Below, in pieces: positions 35,895 through 46,320 of a stretch of DNA of 64,000 bases (positions are counted from its first letter, which is position 1; each line of letters begins with the position of its first letter). This DNA is from an uncultured Candidatus Bathyarchaeia archaeon (GTDB lineage Archaea > Thermoproteota > Bathyarchaeia > Hecatellales > Hecatellaceae), in the NCBI GenBank assembly GCA_964569845.1, contig CAZMUQ010000001.1, positions 3,994 through 67,993 on the forward strand, read 5' to 3'. The position numbers were made by a program, and so were the translations under genes. Under the pieces are notes generated by a model. The model was not told the DNA's origin, did not search any database, and saw only the letters and a program-made list of their open reading frames with translations.

Positions 35895-36932
35895 TTGCCA
35901 TGTACTGTTGTTGTTGGGGGCTTTTGGGGGGATGAAGGTAAAGGAAAAATAATTTCCTATCTAGCCTTAAGAGATAACGTTGATATTGGTGTTAGGGGTG
36001 GAGTTGGGCCTAATGCAGGACATACTGTTCAGGTTGATGAAAAACAGTACAAGCTTCGGATGATACCAAGTACCTTTGTAAACATGAAATGTAAATGCTT
36101 AATCGGGGCAGGCGTACTAGTAAATCCTGAAATTTTCCTTGAAGAAGTTGAATTAACAGGCTGTAAGGGAAGAGCAGGTTTAGATCCTAATTGTGCAATA
36201 ATAGAGGAAAAGCATATAAAAGCTGATAAAGCTTCCACATACCTTTCCAAAAAAATTGGTACAACTGGTACTGGAACTGGACCCTGTAATGTTGATAGAG
36301 TTAGAAGAAGAGCTAAAGTAGCTAGAGATGTTCCTGAACTTAAGGATTTTCTTGTTGATGTTGCATTTGAAGTGAATAAAGCTTTAGATGAAGGTAAAAA
36401 TGTTTTAATTGAAGGAACACAAGGAACGTTTCTCTCTTTGTATCATGGAACTTATCCATATTGTACTTCTAAGGATGTTACATCATCATCAATTTGTGGT
36501 GATGTTGGCGTAGGTCCAACAAGAGTTAATGATGTTCTTGTGGTGTTTAAAGCATATATAACTAGGGTTGGCGGTGGACCGTTACCGGATGAATTACCTC
36601 AAGAGGAAGCTGAAAGAAGAGGATGGGCTGAAGTTGCAACCGTAACTGGTAGAGTTAGGCGGGTAGCTCCCTTTAATATTGAGTTAGCTAAGAGAGCTGT
36701 AATGCTTAATGGTGCAACTCAGATAGCAATAACAAAACTTGACATAGTTTATCCTGAATGTAGAGGTGCAAGAAAATATACAGAGCTTTCTGAAGAGGCA
36801 AAGAAGTTTATTAAAAATATTGAAGTTTCTGTGGGTGTTCCAGTGGTTTTAATAGGTACAGGACCAGATGTTTATGATATTATAGACTTAAAAAAAGCTG
36901 GAAGAATAAGTCCTGTTAGACCAAAAGCTTAA
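35895..36932 (+). CDS. purA: adenylosuccinate synthetase (short archaeal form)
   Basis: It has the GGFWGDEGKGKI P-loop and the GPNAGHTV motif. The 345-aa length fits. Confidence 0.9.
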   Translation: MPCTVVVGGFWGDEGKGKIISYLALRDNVDIGVRGGVGPNAGHTVQVDEKQYKLRMIPSTFVNMKCKCLIGAGVLVNPEIFLEEVELTGCKGRAGLDPNCAIIEEKHIKADKASTYLSKKIGTTGTGTGPCNVDRVRRRAKVARDVPELKDFLVDVAFEVNKALDEGKNVLIEGTQGTFLSLYHGTYPYCTSKDVTSSSICGDVGVGPTRVNDVLVVFKAYITRVGGGPLPDELPQEEAERRGWAEVATVTGRVRRVAPFNIELAKRAVMLNGATQIAITKLDIVYPECRGARKYTELSEEAKKFIKNIEVSVGVPVVLIGTGPDVYDIIDLKKAGRISPVRPKA

Positions 36933-36940
36933 ATAAAAGT

Positions 36941-37318
36941 TTAAACTTTAGTATGAGACCTTCTTTCAACCTTCTCCTGAAATTCCATAAGAAGTTCTCT
37001 ACCCGCTAAAATATTTTTATATGCTTCATCAATTTTTCCTTCCCTTAAAAAGGTTAAAGCTTTTTGCAAAAATTCTTGAGGCTTAACTATGTATTCAGCA
37101 ATATCTCTCTTCTTTTCAGATTTTTTAGGTAAGGATTGCATATTATTGCTAAATTCTCCTAAAACTTCAAAAATAAAAAGCGCATATTCTACTTCTGATG
37201 AAGCTCTCCATATCTTAAATCTCATTCTTTTAGGGTTACCTTTAACATAACTATCTAAAGCATCTTCTAATTCTCTTAAGGCATTTGAAATGTGCAGCTT
37301 AACCTTTTTAATGTCCAA
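36941..37318 (-). CDS. hypothetical small helical protein (possibly HEPN-like)
   Basis: 125 aa, predicted all-alpha. It overlaps the upstream DedA-like gene by 11 nt, so it is probably co-transcribed. No decisive motif was found. Confidence 0.3.
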   Translation of the reverse strand: MDIKKVKLHISNALRELEDALDSYVKGNPKRMRFKIWRASSEVEYALFIFEVLGEFSNNMQSLPKKSEKKRDIAEYIVKPQEFLQKALTFLREGKIDEAYKNILAGRELLMEFQEKVERRSHTKV

Positions 37319-37964
37319 CTTTTCTTACCCCAACTTCAAATTTTTCCAACAATTTTTCCCAGTTAATCTTCCATAAACCTACCACCATAGCAACTAGAAT
37401 AATAAAGGAGGTAACTATCAGAAGTAAAAAAGCCCCTTCACCACTCTCTTTAATAAGAAGGCTTATAATTGAACTAGCATACCTGCCGCCATATACTAGG
37501 ACAAAAAACATTGTAAGTTTTCCGAGTAAACATGGAATAAATACCATTAAAAAGTTAAACCTTAAAATTCCAAGCGGAATTATAAGAAGATCATCCGGTA
37601 GAGGTGTTAAAGCAAAGATAAAAACGATTAAAAACCAAATTCGCTTATACCTTGATAAAACTTTAAATGCAGCATCAAATCTACGTTTTGTATCCTCCTT
37701 AACAATACTTTTTGCAGTGTAGCCTAAGAAATATCCTGTAAATTCTCCTACAGTAGAACCTAAAGCTGCAGATGCAATTATAAGTAAGGGATTAATTTTG
37801 GTGCTGGCGCTAAATAAAAAAATTATGATAGTGTATGGTATGGGAAAAATTATGGAGGCAGTTCCAAGTAAACTTACAAGAAAAACACCAATAATACCAA
37901 ATTGTGTTACAAGGCTCTGTAGAAATTCATTCAACCCTTTAACCTTCCCACCAACTATGTGCAC
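37308..37964 (-). CDS. DedA/VTT-domain family membrane protein
   Basis: It has multiple transmembrane helices and a glycine-rich STVGEFTGYFLGY segment resembling the DedA re-entrant loop motif. It is 218 aa long. Confidence 0.5.
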   Translation of the reverse strand: MHIVGGKVKGLNEFLQSLVTQFGIIGVFLVSLLGTASIIFPIPYTIIIFLFSASTKINPLLIIASAALGSTVGEFTGYFLGYTAKSIVKEDTKRRFDAAFKVLSRYKRIWFLIVFIFALTPLPDDLLIIPLGILRFNFLMVFIPCLLGKLTMFFVLVYGGRYASSIISLLIKESGEGAFLLLIVTSFIILVAMVVGLWKINWEKLLEKFEVGVRKVGH

Positions 37965-38103
37965 AAAATTCTTTAAAAAGGCTTTTAAATTTAACTCTAA
38001 AATTCCTGCGTAAAGCTTAATATATGCTCATTAAGTTTTTGTTTAGCGATAAAAATAGAATTCTTATCGGGTGTCTATGCCCTATCAAGTGCTAGATTAG
38101 GGG

Positions 38104-39558
38104 TTGGTTAGTCTGAAGGTGAAGAGAGATAAGTGGCTTAACCAGTTTAGTGAATGGTACCAGTATATTATTGAAAATGCTGGGCTTATAGATTATAGGT
38201 ATCCTATAAAGGGTTGTGGCGTTTGGCTTCCTTATGGTTTTAAGATAAGAAAGAATGTTTTATCAATAATACGTAGACTTTTAGATGAAACAGGGCATGA
38301 GGAAGTTCTTTTTCCTTTAATGATAACTTCTGAGATGCTCAGTAAAGAGTCCGAACATGTTAGAAGCTTTGAAAATCAGGTATTTTGGGTAACTCATGCT
38401 GGAGAAAAAGAGCTAAATGAGAAGCTTGCATTAAGACCAACAAGCGAAACAGCTATTGCTCCTATGCTAAAATTATGGATACGTTCTCATGCAGATTTAC
38501 CAAAGAAAATTTATCAAATTGTAAGTGTCTTCCGATATGAAACAAAAGCAACAAGACCATTAATACGAATGAGAGAGATAACAACGTTTAAAGAAGCACA
38601 TACTTTTCATGAATCTCTTGAAGATGCAGAAAGGCAAATTAATGAGGCTGTAGAGATTTACAAGAAATTTTTTGATAGTCTTGGGATACCCTACCTAATA
38701 TCTAGAAGACCTGAATGGGATAAGTTTGCGGGGGCATCCTATTCGATAGCTTTTGATACAATACTTCCTGACGGGCGAACTCTACAAATAGGTACAATCC
38801 ATAATCTTAACCAGAATTTTTCAAAAGCTTTTGAAATAACCTTTGAGAAGAGGGATGGTACAAGGGATTTTGTGTGGCAAACATGTTATGGTATTTCTGA
38901 GAGGGTTATTGCATCCTTAATAGCTGTTCATGGAGATGACCATGGACTTGTTCTCCCACCAAAGGTTGCTCCTATACAAGTTGTGATTATACCTATACCG
39001 TACAAGGGTTATGAGGAGGATGTTAATAGGAAATGTATAAATGCTAGGGATCAGCTTAAAAATGCTAACATAAGGGTTGTAGAAGATTTCAGAGAAAAGC
39101 TTACACCAGGTTCAAAATTTTTTGAATGGGAGTTAAAGGGAGTTCCTGTAAGAGTTGAGGTAGGGCCTCAAGATGTAAAAAATAAAACTGTAACGCTTGT
39201 TAGAAGGGATACTCTTGAGAGAAGAGTTGTTGGTGACGATGTTCTTGTTGAAAATGTTTTAAAGATATTTGATGATATTGAAGAAAACCTGAGAAGAAGG
39301 GCATTAGAATTTCAGTTAAGCCGTGTTTATAGGGCTAAAAGTGTTGAAGAAATTATCGGTATGCTAAGTAAAGGTGTATTTGTTTTTGAAGTTGAATGGT
39401 GCGGAAAGGATGAATGTGGCTTAATGTTGGAAGAAAAGACAAATTTAAATGTTTTAGGTATCCCTATTGATAAAAGCCTTGATGATAAAGAAGAAAAAAG
39501 GTGTATAATATGTGGAGAAAAAGCTAAACTTATGATTAGGCTTGCAAAATCATATTAG
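38104..39558 (+). CDS. proS: prolyl-tRNA synthetase, archaeal/eukaryotic type, with a C-terminal zinc-binding domain
   Basis: It has the class II aaRS core and the FSEWYQ…[14 protein letters not shown]-terminus characteristic of archaeal ProRS. C-terminal Cys motifs are CGKDECG…CIICGEKA. The start may be GTG 38119 rather than TTG 38104. Confidence 0.9.
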   Translation: MVSLKVKRDKWLNQFSEWYQYIIENAGLIDYRYPIKGCGVWLPYGFKIRKNVLSIIRRLLDETGHEEVLFPLMITSEMLSKESEHVRSFENQVFWVTHAGEKELNEKLALRPTSETAIAPMLKLWIRSHADLPKKIYQIVSVFRYETKATRPLIRMREITTFKEAHTFHESLEDAERQINEAVEIYKKFFDSLGIPYLISRRPEWDKFAGASYSIAFDTILPDGRTLQIGTIHNLNQNFSKAFEITFEKRDGTRDFVWQTCYGISERVIASLIAVHGDDHGLVLPPKVAPIQVVIIPIPYKGYEEDVNRKCINARDQLKNANIRVVEDFREKLTPGSKFFEWELKGVPVRVEVGPQDVKNKTVTLVRRDTLERRVVGDDVLVENVLKIFDDIEENLRRRALEFQLSRVYRAKSVEEIIGMLSKGVFVFEVEWCGKDECGLMLEEKTNLNVLGIPIDKSLDDKEEKRCIICGEKAKLMIRLAKSY

Positions 39559-39630
39559 TTTATTAAGGAGAAATTCTAACTATTCTTTTTGGACATGAAG
39601 GTAAGACTTGTATATATGGAGTAGTTAATA

Positions 39631-39915
39631 ATGCCTAAAAAGAGAAAAAGTAGGGGAAGAGCAAAAGGCGGAAAAGGAAGAAGCGAACTTATTCACTGTG
39701 ATGGATGCGGATGTCTTGTTCCAAGAGATAAAGTTAAAAAAGTTACTAGATGGATGTCGCTTGTAGACCCATCTTTAGCAAAGGAATTGAAAGCCCAAGG
39801 AGCATACATTCCAAGAGAAAGAGTTACAAAATACTATTGTGTATCATGTGCAGTTTATCGTGGCATCGTGAAAGTTAGGTCTAGAGAGGAAAGAAAAATC
39901 TCCAAGCCGCTATAA
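39631..39915 (+). CDS. rps26e: 30S ribosomal protein eS26
   Basis: It has a basic N-terminus MPKKRKSRGRAKGGKG, a zinc ribbon HCDGCGC…YYCVSCAVY and conserved PRDKV. It is 94 aa long. Confidence 0.9.
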   Translation: MPKKRKSRGRAKGGKGRSELIHCDGCGCLVPRDKVKKVTRWMSLVDPSLAKELKAQGAYIPRERVTKYYCVSCAVYRGIVKVRSREERKISKPL

Positions 39916-39965
39916 GCTTAAATCATAACTTTAACTAGTTTAGAATACCTCTTGGACTGTAAATT

Positions 39966-40292
39966 ATGAGTGTTAAAAGGCTTGTTTCAAAGTTAACTAA
40001 AGAGAATCTTTGGCTTTATATTTTGACGGAGCTTTCAAAAAAGTCTATGTATGCATATGAGATTGCAAGGGTTTTAAAGGAGAAATATGAAATACCTGTT
40101 GCAACTGTTACAACCTACATTGTTTTATATAAGATGGAGAGAGAAGGGCTTATCAAGAAAAGGAATAGTGGAGGAATGCTTGGAAGAAAGTATTACGTAA
40201 TTACTGAAAAAGGAGCTACAGCACTAGTTGATGGAAAAAAGTTTCTAGATAGAGTTATTAAGATGCTTGAAGAAGAGAAAGTAGAAAGTTAA
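39966..40292 (+). CDS. PadR-family winged-helix transcriptional regulator
   Basis: It shows the LWLYILTELSKKSMYAYEIARVL…TTYIVLYKMEREGLI pattern typical of PadR. It is 108 aa long. Confidence 0.75.
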   Translation: MSVKRLVSKLTKENLWLYILTELSKKSMYAYEIARVLKEKYEIPVATVTTYIVLYKMEREGLIKKRNSGGMLGRKYYVITEKGATALVDGKKFLDRVIKMLEEEKVES

Positions 40293-40295
40293 CTA

Positions 40296-40886
40296 TTATC
40301 TTAAAATTTTACTAACATAGATCACTCTATGAAGTACTGTTAGATTTGTGAGTAAAGCTAAAATTATGATTCCTATTTCAGGGTGAAGAAGAATAGTAGT
40401 TAAAATTAAAATAATTAACCTTTCAGGTCTTTCAATCAAGCCAACACCCTCCAATTTAATGTTTAAACTTTCAGCCTTAGCTCTCACATAACTTGTAAGA
40501 ATAGACCCAGCTATTGTTGCTAACCCCCAAAAAAATAAAGGTAAAAGTATGATAGTATCCATATAATAGATTGTTATGGCTGACATTACAATTATGTCTG
40601 AGTATCTATCAATAATTGAATCTAAAAAGTTACCTAAAATAGTCTCCATTTTTCCTACTCTTGCAATTACTCCATCCAACATATCACAAAAGCCTGAAAG
40701 AGAAAGAAAAAAAGCTGCAAATAAAAGGCAACTTAGCGTTGAGGCATAAAGGTAAAAAAGAGCCGCAGTAATGGAGAAAGTTAAATTTAAAAGTGTTAAA
40801 GTTGTAGGTGTAAAACCAACCTTTATTAGAAATTTAGCTGGTTTTGTAAGTTTTTCTTCAACTTTCTTCTTAATTCTTGTGAGCAA
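40296..40886 (-). CDS. CDP-alcohol phosphatidyltransferase family protein (archaeal lipid head-group transferase)
   Basis: It has the signature D(x)2DG(x)2AR…G(x)3D(x)3D in CDMLDGVIARVGKMETILGNFLDSIIDRYSD. It is a multi-transmembrane protein of 196 aa. Confidence 0.8.
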   Translation of the reverse strand: MLTRIKKKVEEKLTKPAKFLIKVGFTPTTLTLLNLTFSITAALFYLYASTLSCLLFAAFFLSLSGFCDMLDGVIARVGKMETILGNFLDSIIDRYSDIIVMSAITIYYMDTIILLPLFFWGLATIAGSILTSYVRAKAESLNIKLEGVGLIERPERLIILILTTILLHPEIGIIILALLTNLTVLHRVIYVSKILR

Positions 40887-41000
40887 TACTTCTCACTTAT
40901 ACTGTAAAATCATGTTTCTCTTTTCTACTTAAAAATTTGACCTAAAAAGTTAAGATACAGATTATGAATTTTTATTATCTATAAAGAAAATTTTGTAAAA

Positions 41001-41219
41001 GTGTGTAATGTCATGGGTAAGGTAAGCTCAGGTATTAAATGTAGCGTGGTTGGATGCGAGGAGAACGCTATTAGGGCTATTTCTGCTGAAAAAGCTCAGC
41101 TTGGAGGTTTAAATATAATTGGTGGTAAGAAGGCTTATCTATGTAAATCTCATTATAAGCAGTTTAAAAAGAAGCTTAAAAAAGAGAAGATTATTGAAAA
41201 GTGGAGGTGGAGTAGGTAG
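41001..41219 (+). CDS. small C2CH zinc-finger protein (hypothetical)
   Basis: 72 aa with CSVVGC…(28 aa)…CKSHY (Cx4C…Cx2H) and a Lys-rich tail. It sits 10 nt upstream of thrS. Confidence 0.35.
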   Translation: MCNVMGKVSSGIKCSVVGCEENAIRAISAEKAQLGGLNIIGGKKAYLCKSHYKQFKKKLKKEKIIEKWRWSR

Positions 41220-41229
41220 GCGGTTTTAA

Positions 41230-43071
41230 ATGAGAATACTCTTCATTCATGCAGACAAATTTAGCTATATTGCTAAAGAAAAAGCATTAAAAGAAGCTGA
41301 AGATCTGAATGAAAATAGTAAATCATATTCAACATCTGAAGTTTTGGTAGTTTTTTGTGCTGTAGAAAAAGTTGATGAAAAAAACCCAGAACAAATAGTA
41401 GAAAGAGCAGTAGATACTATTAAAGATGTTGCTGAAACTGTTAAAGCAGAAAATATTGTTATTTATCCTTATGCCCACCTTTCATCCGAACTTGCATCAC
41501 CATCAAATGCAAAAAAAATCCTTAAAGCATTAGAGGAAACACTTAGTAAAGTAAATTTTAATGTTAATCTTGCTCCTTTTGGTTGGTATAAAAGCTTTAG
41601 TATAGAATGTAAAGGACATCCTCTCTCAGAACTTTCACGTACAATAACACCTGAAGACGTTACGTATCTTAAACCATCACAAAAAAATATCTATAAGGTC
41701 TTAACTCCAAAAATGGAGATTATAGACCCTGTTTATTACCAGTTTAAAGATGGTGAAGAAGAATTTAAGATTCTTGTCCTAAAGGAAGCCTTAGGAAGAG
41801 AACTGCCAGGTGGGGAAAAACCAAAATTTCTTGATTACTGTAAAAAGTTTGGTATTGAGTGGGAACAGTTTTCTGATGTTGGCCACATGAGGTATGGTCC
41901 TGAGGCTAGCTTAATCTTTGAGCTTGTATCAGATTATGCATCTAAACTTGTTGATTCTTTAGGAATTTCCGTGTATCATGTTCGTGGAACAAATATGTTT
42001 GATCTTTCAATTCCGGCAGTTAATGAACATGCTAAACTTTTTGGTGGAAGACTTTATGAGATACGAACAGATAAACGAAGGTTAGTTTTAAGGTATGCTG
42101 CATGCCATCAGCAATTTGCAATGGTTAAAGATTGGATTATTAGCTATAAAGATTTACCATTTGGAGTTTATGAGCTTGCTGATAGTTACAGATTTGAGCA
42201 GGAGGGTGAACTTTTACTTTGCTTTAGAGTTAGAAAACTCCACATGCCAGATCTACATATATTTTGTAAAGATATTGAGGAAGCTAAGTTTTTTGCTTTA
42301 AAAGTGCATGAAAAAATATATGATGAAATTAAGAAGCTTAAAAGGGATTATGTTTCCTTGTACAATACAACTGAGAGCTTTTTTAATAGAAATATAGATT
42401 TCTTTAAAAAGCTTGTTGAAATTGAAGGTAAACCTATACTCCTATGTTTTGTTCCTGAAAATATCTACTACTGGGTTTTAAATGTTGAATATCACATAAT
42501 TGATGAACTTAAACGTCCAAGAGAAATTGCAACATTTCAAATAGATGTTGGAAATGCAAAAAGATTTAACATTACATATACCACCTCAAGCGGAGATAAA
42601 GCTTACCCAATAATAATTCATACCGCCCTTATAGGCACTATTGAAAGATACATTTTCACAATTCTTGATTCTGCTGTGAAAGATGAAAAATTAGGAAAAT
42701 TACCAATGCTTCCAGTATGGCTTTCACCAGTTCAAGTTAGAATTATACCCATTTCAAGGGATCAACTTAACTTTTCACTAAAAATTTTGGAGGAGCTTGA
42801 AAAGGAGAAAATTAGAGTTGATATTGATGATTTAGACGAAACTTTAGCAAAAAAGGTTAGAAGAGCTGAAATGTCTTGGATACCGTATATTGTTGTTATT
42901 GGAGATGAGGAAGTTAAAAGTGGGAGGTTTGATGTAAGGTTTAGGGAAACTGGTACTCGCAAAAAAATTAACTTAAAAGAACTTATTAGTGAAGTAAAAA
43001 GTAAAATTGATGGATATCCTTGGAGACCGCTACATTTACCAAGGCAAGTTAGTTTAAGACCAGTATATTAG
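41230..43071 (+). CDS. thrS: threonyl-tRNA synthetase, archaeal type, with an N-terminal D-aminoacyl-tRNA-deacylase-like editing domain
   Basis: It has an N-terminal MRILFIHADKFSY editing domain, a class II core and a C-terminal anticodon-binding domain. It is 613 aa long. Confidence 0.9.
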   Translation: MRILFIHADKFSYIAKEKALKEAEDLNENSKSYSTSEVLVVFCAVEKVDEKNPEQIVERAVDTIKDVAETVKAENIVIYPYAHLSSELASPSNAKKILKALEETLSKVNFNVNLAPFGWYKSFSIECKGHPLSELSRTITPEDVTYLKPSQKNIYKVLTPKMEIIDPVYYQFKDGEEEFKILVLKEALGRELPGGEKPKFLDYCKKFGIEWEQFSDVGHMRYGPEASLIFELVSDYASKLVDSLGISVYHVRGTNMFDLSIPAVNEHAKLFGGRLYEIRTDKRRLVLRYAACHQQFAMVKDWIISYKDLPFGVYELADSYRFEQEGELLLCFRVRKLHMPDLHIFCKDIEEAKFFALKVHEKIYDEIKKLKRDYVSLYNTTESFFNRNIDFFKKLVEIEGKPILLCFVPENIYYWVLNVEYHIIDELKRPREIATFQIDVGNAKRFNITYTTSSGDKAYPIIIHTALIGTIERYIFTILDSAVKDEKLGKLPMLPVWLSPVQVRIIPISRDQLNFSLKILEELEKEKIRVDIDDLDETLAKKVRRAEMSWIPYIVVIGDEEVKSGRFDVRFRETGTRKKINLKELISEVKSKIDGYPWRPLHLPRQVSLRPVY

Positions 43072-43084
43072 AGGTTTAAAGTGG

Positions 43085-43858
43085 TTGAAGCTGGATAACA
43101 ACAAGATCGAAATTATAGGTGTTAAAGGTATTCCCTTAATTAAGCCTGGAGATGATGTAGCAAAGATTATTTGTAAAGCTATTAAAAAACAAGGATTAAA
43201 AATCGAGAATGAGGATATCTTAGTTATTTCCCAAACAATAGTTTCAAAAGCTGAAGGGTCAATTTTCAGGCTTAAAAATATTAAGCCAAGTATTCAAGCA
43301 AAAATAATTTCTGAGCTTACATCTAAACCTTCAGAAGTTGTTGAAGTAGTTCTAAGAGAGTCAAAACGAATTATTAGGCTTAGAGGTCAAAATTTAATAA
43401 CTCAGACAAAACACGGATTTATTTGTGCAAATTCAGGAGTAGATGTGTCTAACGTTTCCGGCGGAGATATGGTTACAACACTACCAAAAAATCCTGATGA
43501 ATCAGCTAAGAAAATCAGAAATAAAATTAAAAAAATAACTGGTAAAGATGTTGCTGTAATAATCTCAGATACGTCTGGTAGACCTTTAAGAATAGGTCAA
43601 GTTAATATTGCTATAGGAGTTTCAGGGTTAAATCCCATTCTTGATAGGAGAGGTGAAAAAGACCTTTTTGGTTATACCTTGAAGGTTAAACAGATAGCAA
43701 TAGCTGATGAGCTTGCATCAGCCGCAGAGCTTGTTATGGGTGAGGCTGACGAGGGAGTTCCTGTAGCAATAATTAGGGGTTACAAAAAGTACGTTAAAAG
43801 TGATAATGCTAAAGCTTCAATGTTAGCCAGACCAATAAAAGACGACTTATTTGTTTAG
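43085..43858 (+). CDS. cofE: coenzyme F420-0:L-glutamate ligase family (CofE)
   Basis: 257 aa, with strong similarity to the CofE consensus: IEIIGVKGIPLIKPGDD, ITQTKHGFICANSGVDVSNV and IISDTSGRPLRIGQVNIAIG. Confidence 0.85.
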   Translation: MKLDNNKIEIIGVKGIPLIKPGDDVAKIICKAIKKQGLKIENEDILVISQTIVSKAEGSIFRLKNIKPSIQAKIISELTSKPSEVVEVVLRESKRIIRLRGQNLITQTKHGFICANSGVDVSNVSGGDMVTTLPKNPDESAKKIRNKIKKITGKDVAVIISDTSGRPLRIGQVNIAIGVSGLNPILDRRGEKDLFGYTLKVKQIAIADELASAAELVMGEADEGVPVAIIRGYKKYVKSDNAKASMLARPIKDDLFV

Positions 43859-45057
43859 CCAAAAGTTTTTCTTTCTTTTTCTTTTAAGCAACTTCTTAAA
43901 ACATCAACTACAAGGTTTAACTGTTCTTTTGTAACCTTATACGATGGTAAAAATCTTAGAATATTTCTTCCTGAACTTAAAACTATAACTCCTCTTTCCT
44001 GCATACATTCTATAACATCAAGAACATCAAATCTTAATTCAACAGCAACCATAAGCCCTAATCCTCTAATTTCCCTAACAATCTTAAATTCTCCACAGGA
44101 GCTTTTCAAAATATTTATAAAGTATTCTCCAAGTTTTGATGCTACTTCCCATGCTTTTTCTTCAACCAAGACATCTATAGTTGCTGAGGCAGCTGCACAT
44201 GCTAAAGGATTTCCGCCAAATGTACTTGAATGTTCTCCAACTTTTAAACTTAGCATTATATCCTCCCTACCTATGGTAATTCCTATAGGTACACCTCCCC
44301 CTGCAGCTTTAGCTAAGCAAAGAATATCTGGAATAGTGTTCCAATGTTCAAAAGCAAACATTTTACCTGTTCTCGCAAATCCTGTTTGGACCTCATCAAA
44401 AATTAAAATTAAATCTTTTTCGTCAGCAATTTCCCTTAACCGTTTAAGGTACCCTTCAGGCGAAATATAAACTCCTGCTTCCCCCTGAATAGGTTCAACA
44501 ATTATTGCTGCAGTATCACTAGTAATAGATTTTTCAACTTTTTCAGCATCACCAAAAGGAACAAACTTTACATTTGGAATTAGAGGTTCAAAAGATGCTC
44601 TATACTTTTGACTCCATGTTACTGAGAGAGCACCAAGTGTTTTACCGTGGTAACTTCTAACCATTGCAATAATTTCCTTTTTTCCTGTAAATTTTCTAGC
44701 AAATTTTAGTGCAGCCTCTACAGCTTCAGCTCCACTATTTGATAAAAAAACTTTACGTAAATTTGCAGGTACAATTTTAGATAATCTTTTTAAAAATTGA
44801 GCTCTAGCTTCATTATAAAGTGAACAGTGGCATGAAATAAGTTTCTCAGCCTGATTTTTTATCGCCTCAATAATTTTTGTGTTTGAATGTCCAACAAAAG
44901 CTGCACCATAACCTGCCATACAATCTACATATTGCTTACCGTTAACATCCCAAATTGTAGAATCCTTTCCTTGTGCAACCACAATACCTCTTTTGTGGTA
45001 TACATTTGCTAAATATTTGTCTTCAATCTCTATGATTTCATTCCTACTCATATGCAA
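43855..45057 (-). CDS. lysJ: acetylornithine/[LysW]-aminoadipate semialdehyde aminotransferase (class III)
   Basis: It carries class III aminotransferase motifs (the DEVQTGFARTGKMFA PLP-Lys region, SSTFGGNP). It is adjacent to lysZ and overlaps it by 14 nt. Confidence 0.85.
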   Translation of the reverse strand: MHMSRNEIIEIEDKYLANVYHKRGIVVAQGKDSTIWDVNGKQYVDCMAGYGAAFVGHSNTKIIEAIKNQAEKLISCHCSLYNEARAQFLKRLSKIVPANLRKVFLSNSGAEAVEAALKFARKFTGKKEIIAMVRSYHGKTLGALSVTWSQKYRASFEPLIPNVKFVPFGDAEKVEKSITSDTAAIIVEPIQGEAGVYISPEGYLKRLREIADEKDLILIFDEVQTGFARTGKMFAFEHWNTIPDILCLAKAAGGGVPIGITIGREDIMLSLKVGEHSSTFGGNPLACAAASATIDVLVEEKAWEVASKLGEYFINILKSSCGEFKIVREIRGLGLMVAVELRFDVLDVIECMQERGVIVLSSGRNILRFLPSYKVTKEQLNLVVDVLRSCLKEKERKTFG

Positions 45058-45874
45058 TTAGAGTTCCCACCTTACGGTTTAAAGCTAAACTTAGAGGGTT
45101 ATTTATAAGACCTGAAGTTATAAAAACATTTTTAACACCTGCCTCCAAAGCTTCAACAGCAGCATAAACCTTTTTCTTCATTCCATGACCTATTAATGAA
45201 ATTTTTTCTTTAGCCTCTGTTACACTTATTCTTGGAATAACATTTCCATCAAGTATTAAACCACTAACATCTGTGCAAATTATCATTCCGTCGGCTTTTA
45301 AAGCTGCAGCAATATATGCAGCAGCTCGGTCACTATCAACATTTAAGAGATTGTATTCATCATCCATTGCTATTGGTGCAACAACAGGAAGATAGTTTAA
45401 ATCTAATAGAATGTTTAAAAGTTTAACGTTCACAGATTCAATTTTACCTGTGTAACCTCCATCAATAGCAATCTTTCTTCCTCTTTCATCTAAGATTATA
45501 AGCTTCTTTTTTCTTACAGCCTTTAAAAGAAAACCATCAACACCACTAAGACCCACAGCTTTAATGTTGTTTTGATGAAGAGATGCTACAATCTGCTTGT
45601 TTATTTTCCCAGCCATAACCATTGTATAAATTTCCATTGTTTCCTTGTCAGTATAACGGCTACGCATACCGTCAGGGGAAACAATAAACTTTTGTTGTTT
45701 ACCCATTGCTTCAGCAACTTGAGTTACAATATCAGCTCCACCATGAACAAGAACAACCCTATTATTCATGTAGAGATTTTTAAGATCTTCTTTAAACTCT
45801 TCAGGAAACTTTGACTTTAAAATACTTCCACCAATCTTAACTACAAAAGTTTTAGGCTGCACTTTTACTTTCAC
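45044..45874 (-). CDS. lysZ: acetylglutamate/[LysW]-aminoadipate kinase (amino-acid kinase family)
   Basis: The amino-acid kinase motifs VVKIGGS and VLVHGGA are present. It is 276 aa long. Confidence 0.85.
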   Translation of the reverse strand: MKVKVQPKTFVVKIGGSILKSKFPEEFKEDLKNLYMNNRVVLVHGGADIVTQVAEAMGKQQKFIVSPDGMRSRYTDKETMEIYTMVMAGKINKQIVASLHQNNIKAVGLSGVDGFLLKAVRKKKLIILDERGRKIAIDGGYTGKIESVNVKLLNILLDLNYLPVVAPIAMDDEYNLLNVDSDRAAAYIAAALKADGMIICTDVSGLILDGNVIPRISVTEAKEKISLIGHGMKKKVYAAVEALEAGVKNVFITSGLINNPLSLALNRKVGTLIAYE

Positions 45875-45976
45875 CTAAAACATCAAAAGTTTAGCATGAA
45901 CATTCCTAAAAAGATTTTTACCTTATTTAAATCTTAGCATAAAATTTTTAACTCTATTGTTAAGTTTAAATTCAAG

Positions 45977-46264
45977 TTGATGCCCTTGGCTTCCTTGAAG
46001 TGGAAATACTTTGTAGACCTTATACTTATTGTAAGTTTCATGGTTTCATCAATAACTGGTTTTATATTGCTTATTAGGTGGTTAAGTGGTATCCTATTTT
46101 TTAGTGTTAAGGGTTTAGGGTTAAATCAGCTTTTTAAGCTTCCAGCATTTCTTCTTCATATTGGCTCAAGTGTTATCTTTTTTATTTTCTCATTAATTCA
46201 TTTAAAGTTTAATTATAGATGGATAAGTAGTGCAACGAAGAAGCTTCTTAAGAAGGAAGCATAA
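45977..46264 (+). CDS. small predicted membrane protein (2-3 transmembrane helices), hypothetical
   Basis: 95 aa and hydrophobic. No recognisable motif was found. Confidence 0.3.
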   Translation: MMPLASLKWKYFVDLILIVSFMVSSITGFILLIRWLSGILFFSVKGLGLNQLFKLPAFLLHIGSSVIFFIFSLIHLKFNYRWISSATKKLLKKEA

Positions 46265-46320
46265 ATCTCCTAAACAAAAAATTTGTTTTTTAGGTTAAAT
46301 TAAAACTTTAATTTTTTAAT
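46265..46320. terminator. bidirectional terminator region between convergent genes (T-rich, imperfect palindrome)
   Basis: The sequence is cctaaacaaaaaatttgttttttagg, followed by further T-runs. Confidence 0.3.
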
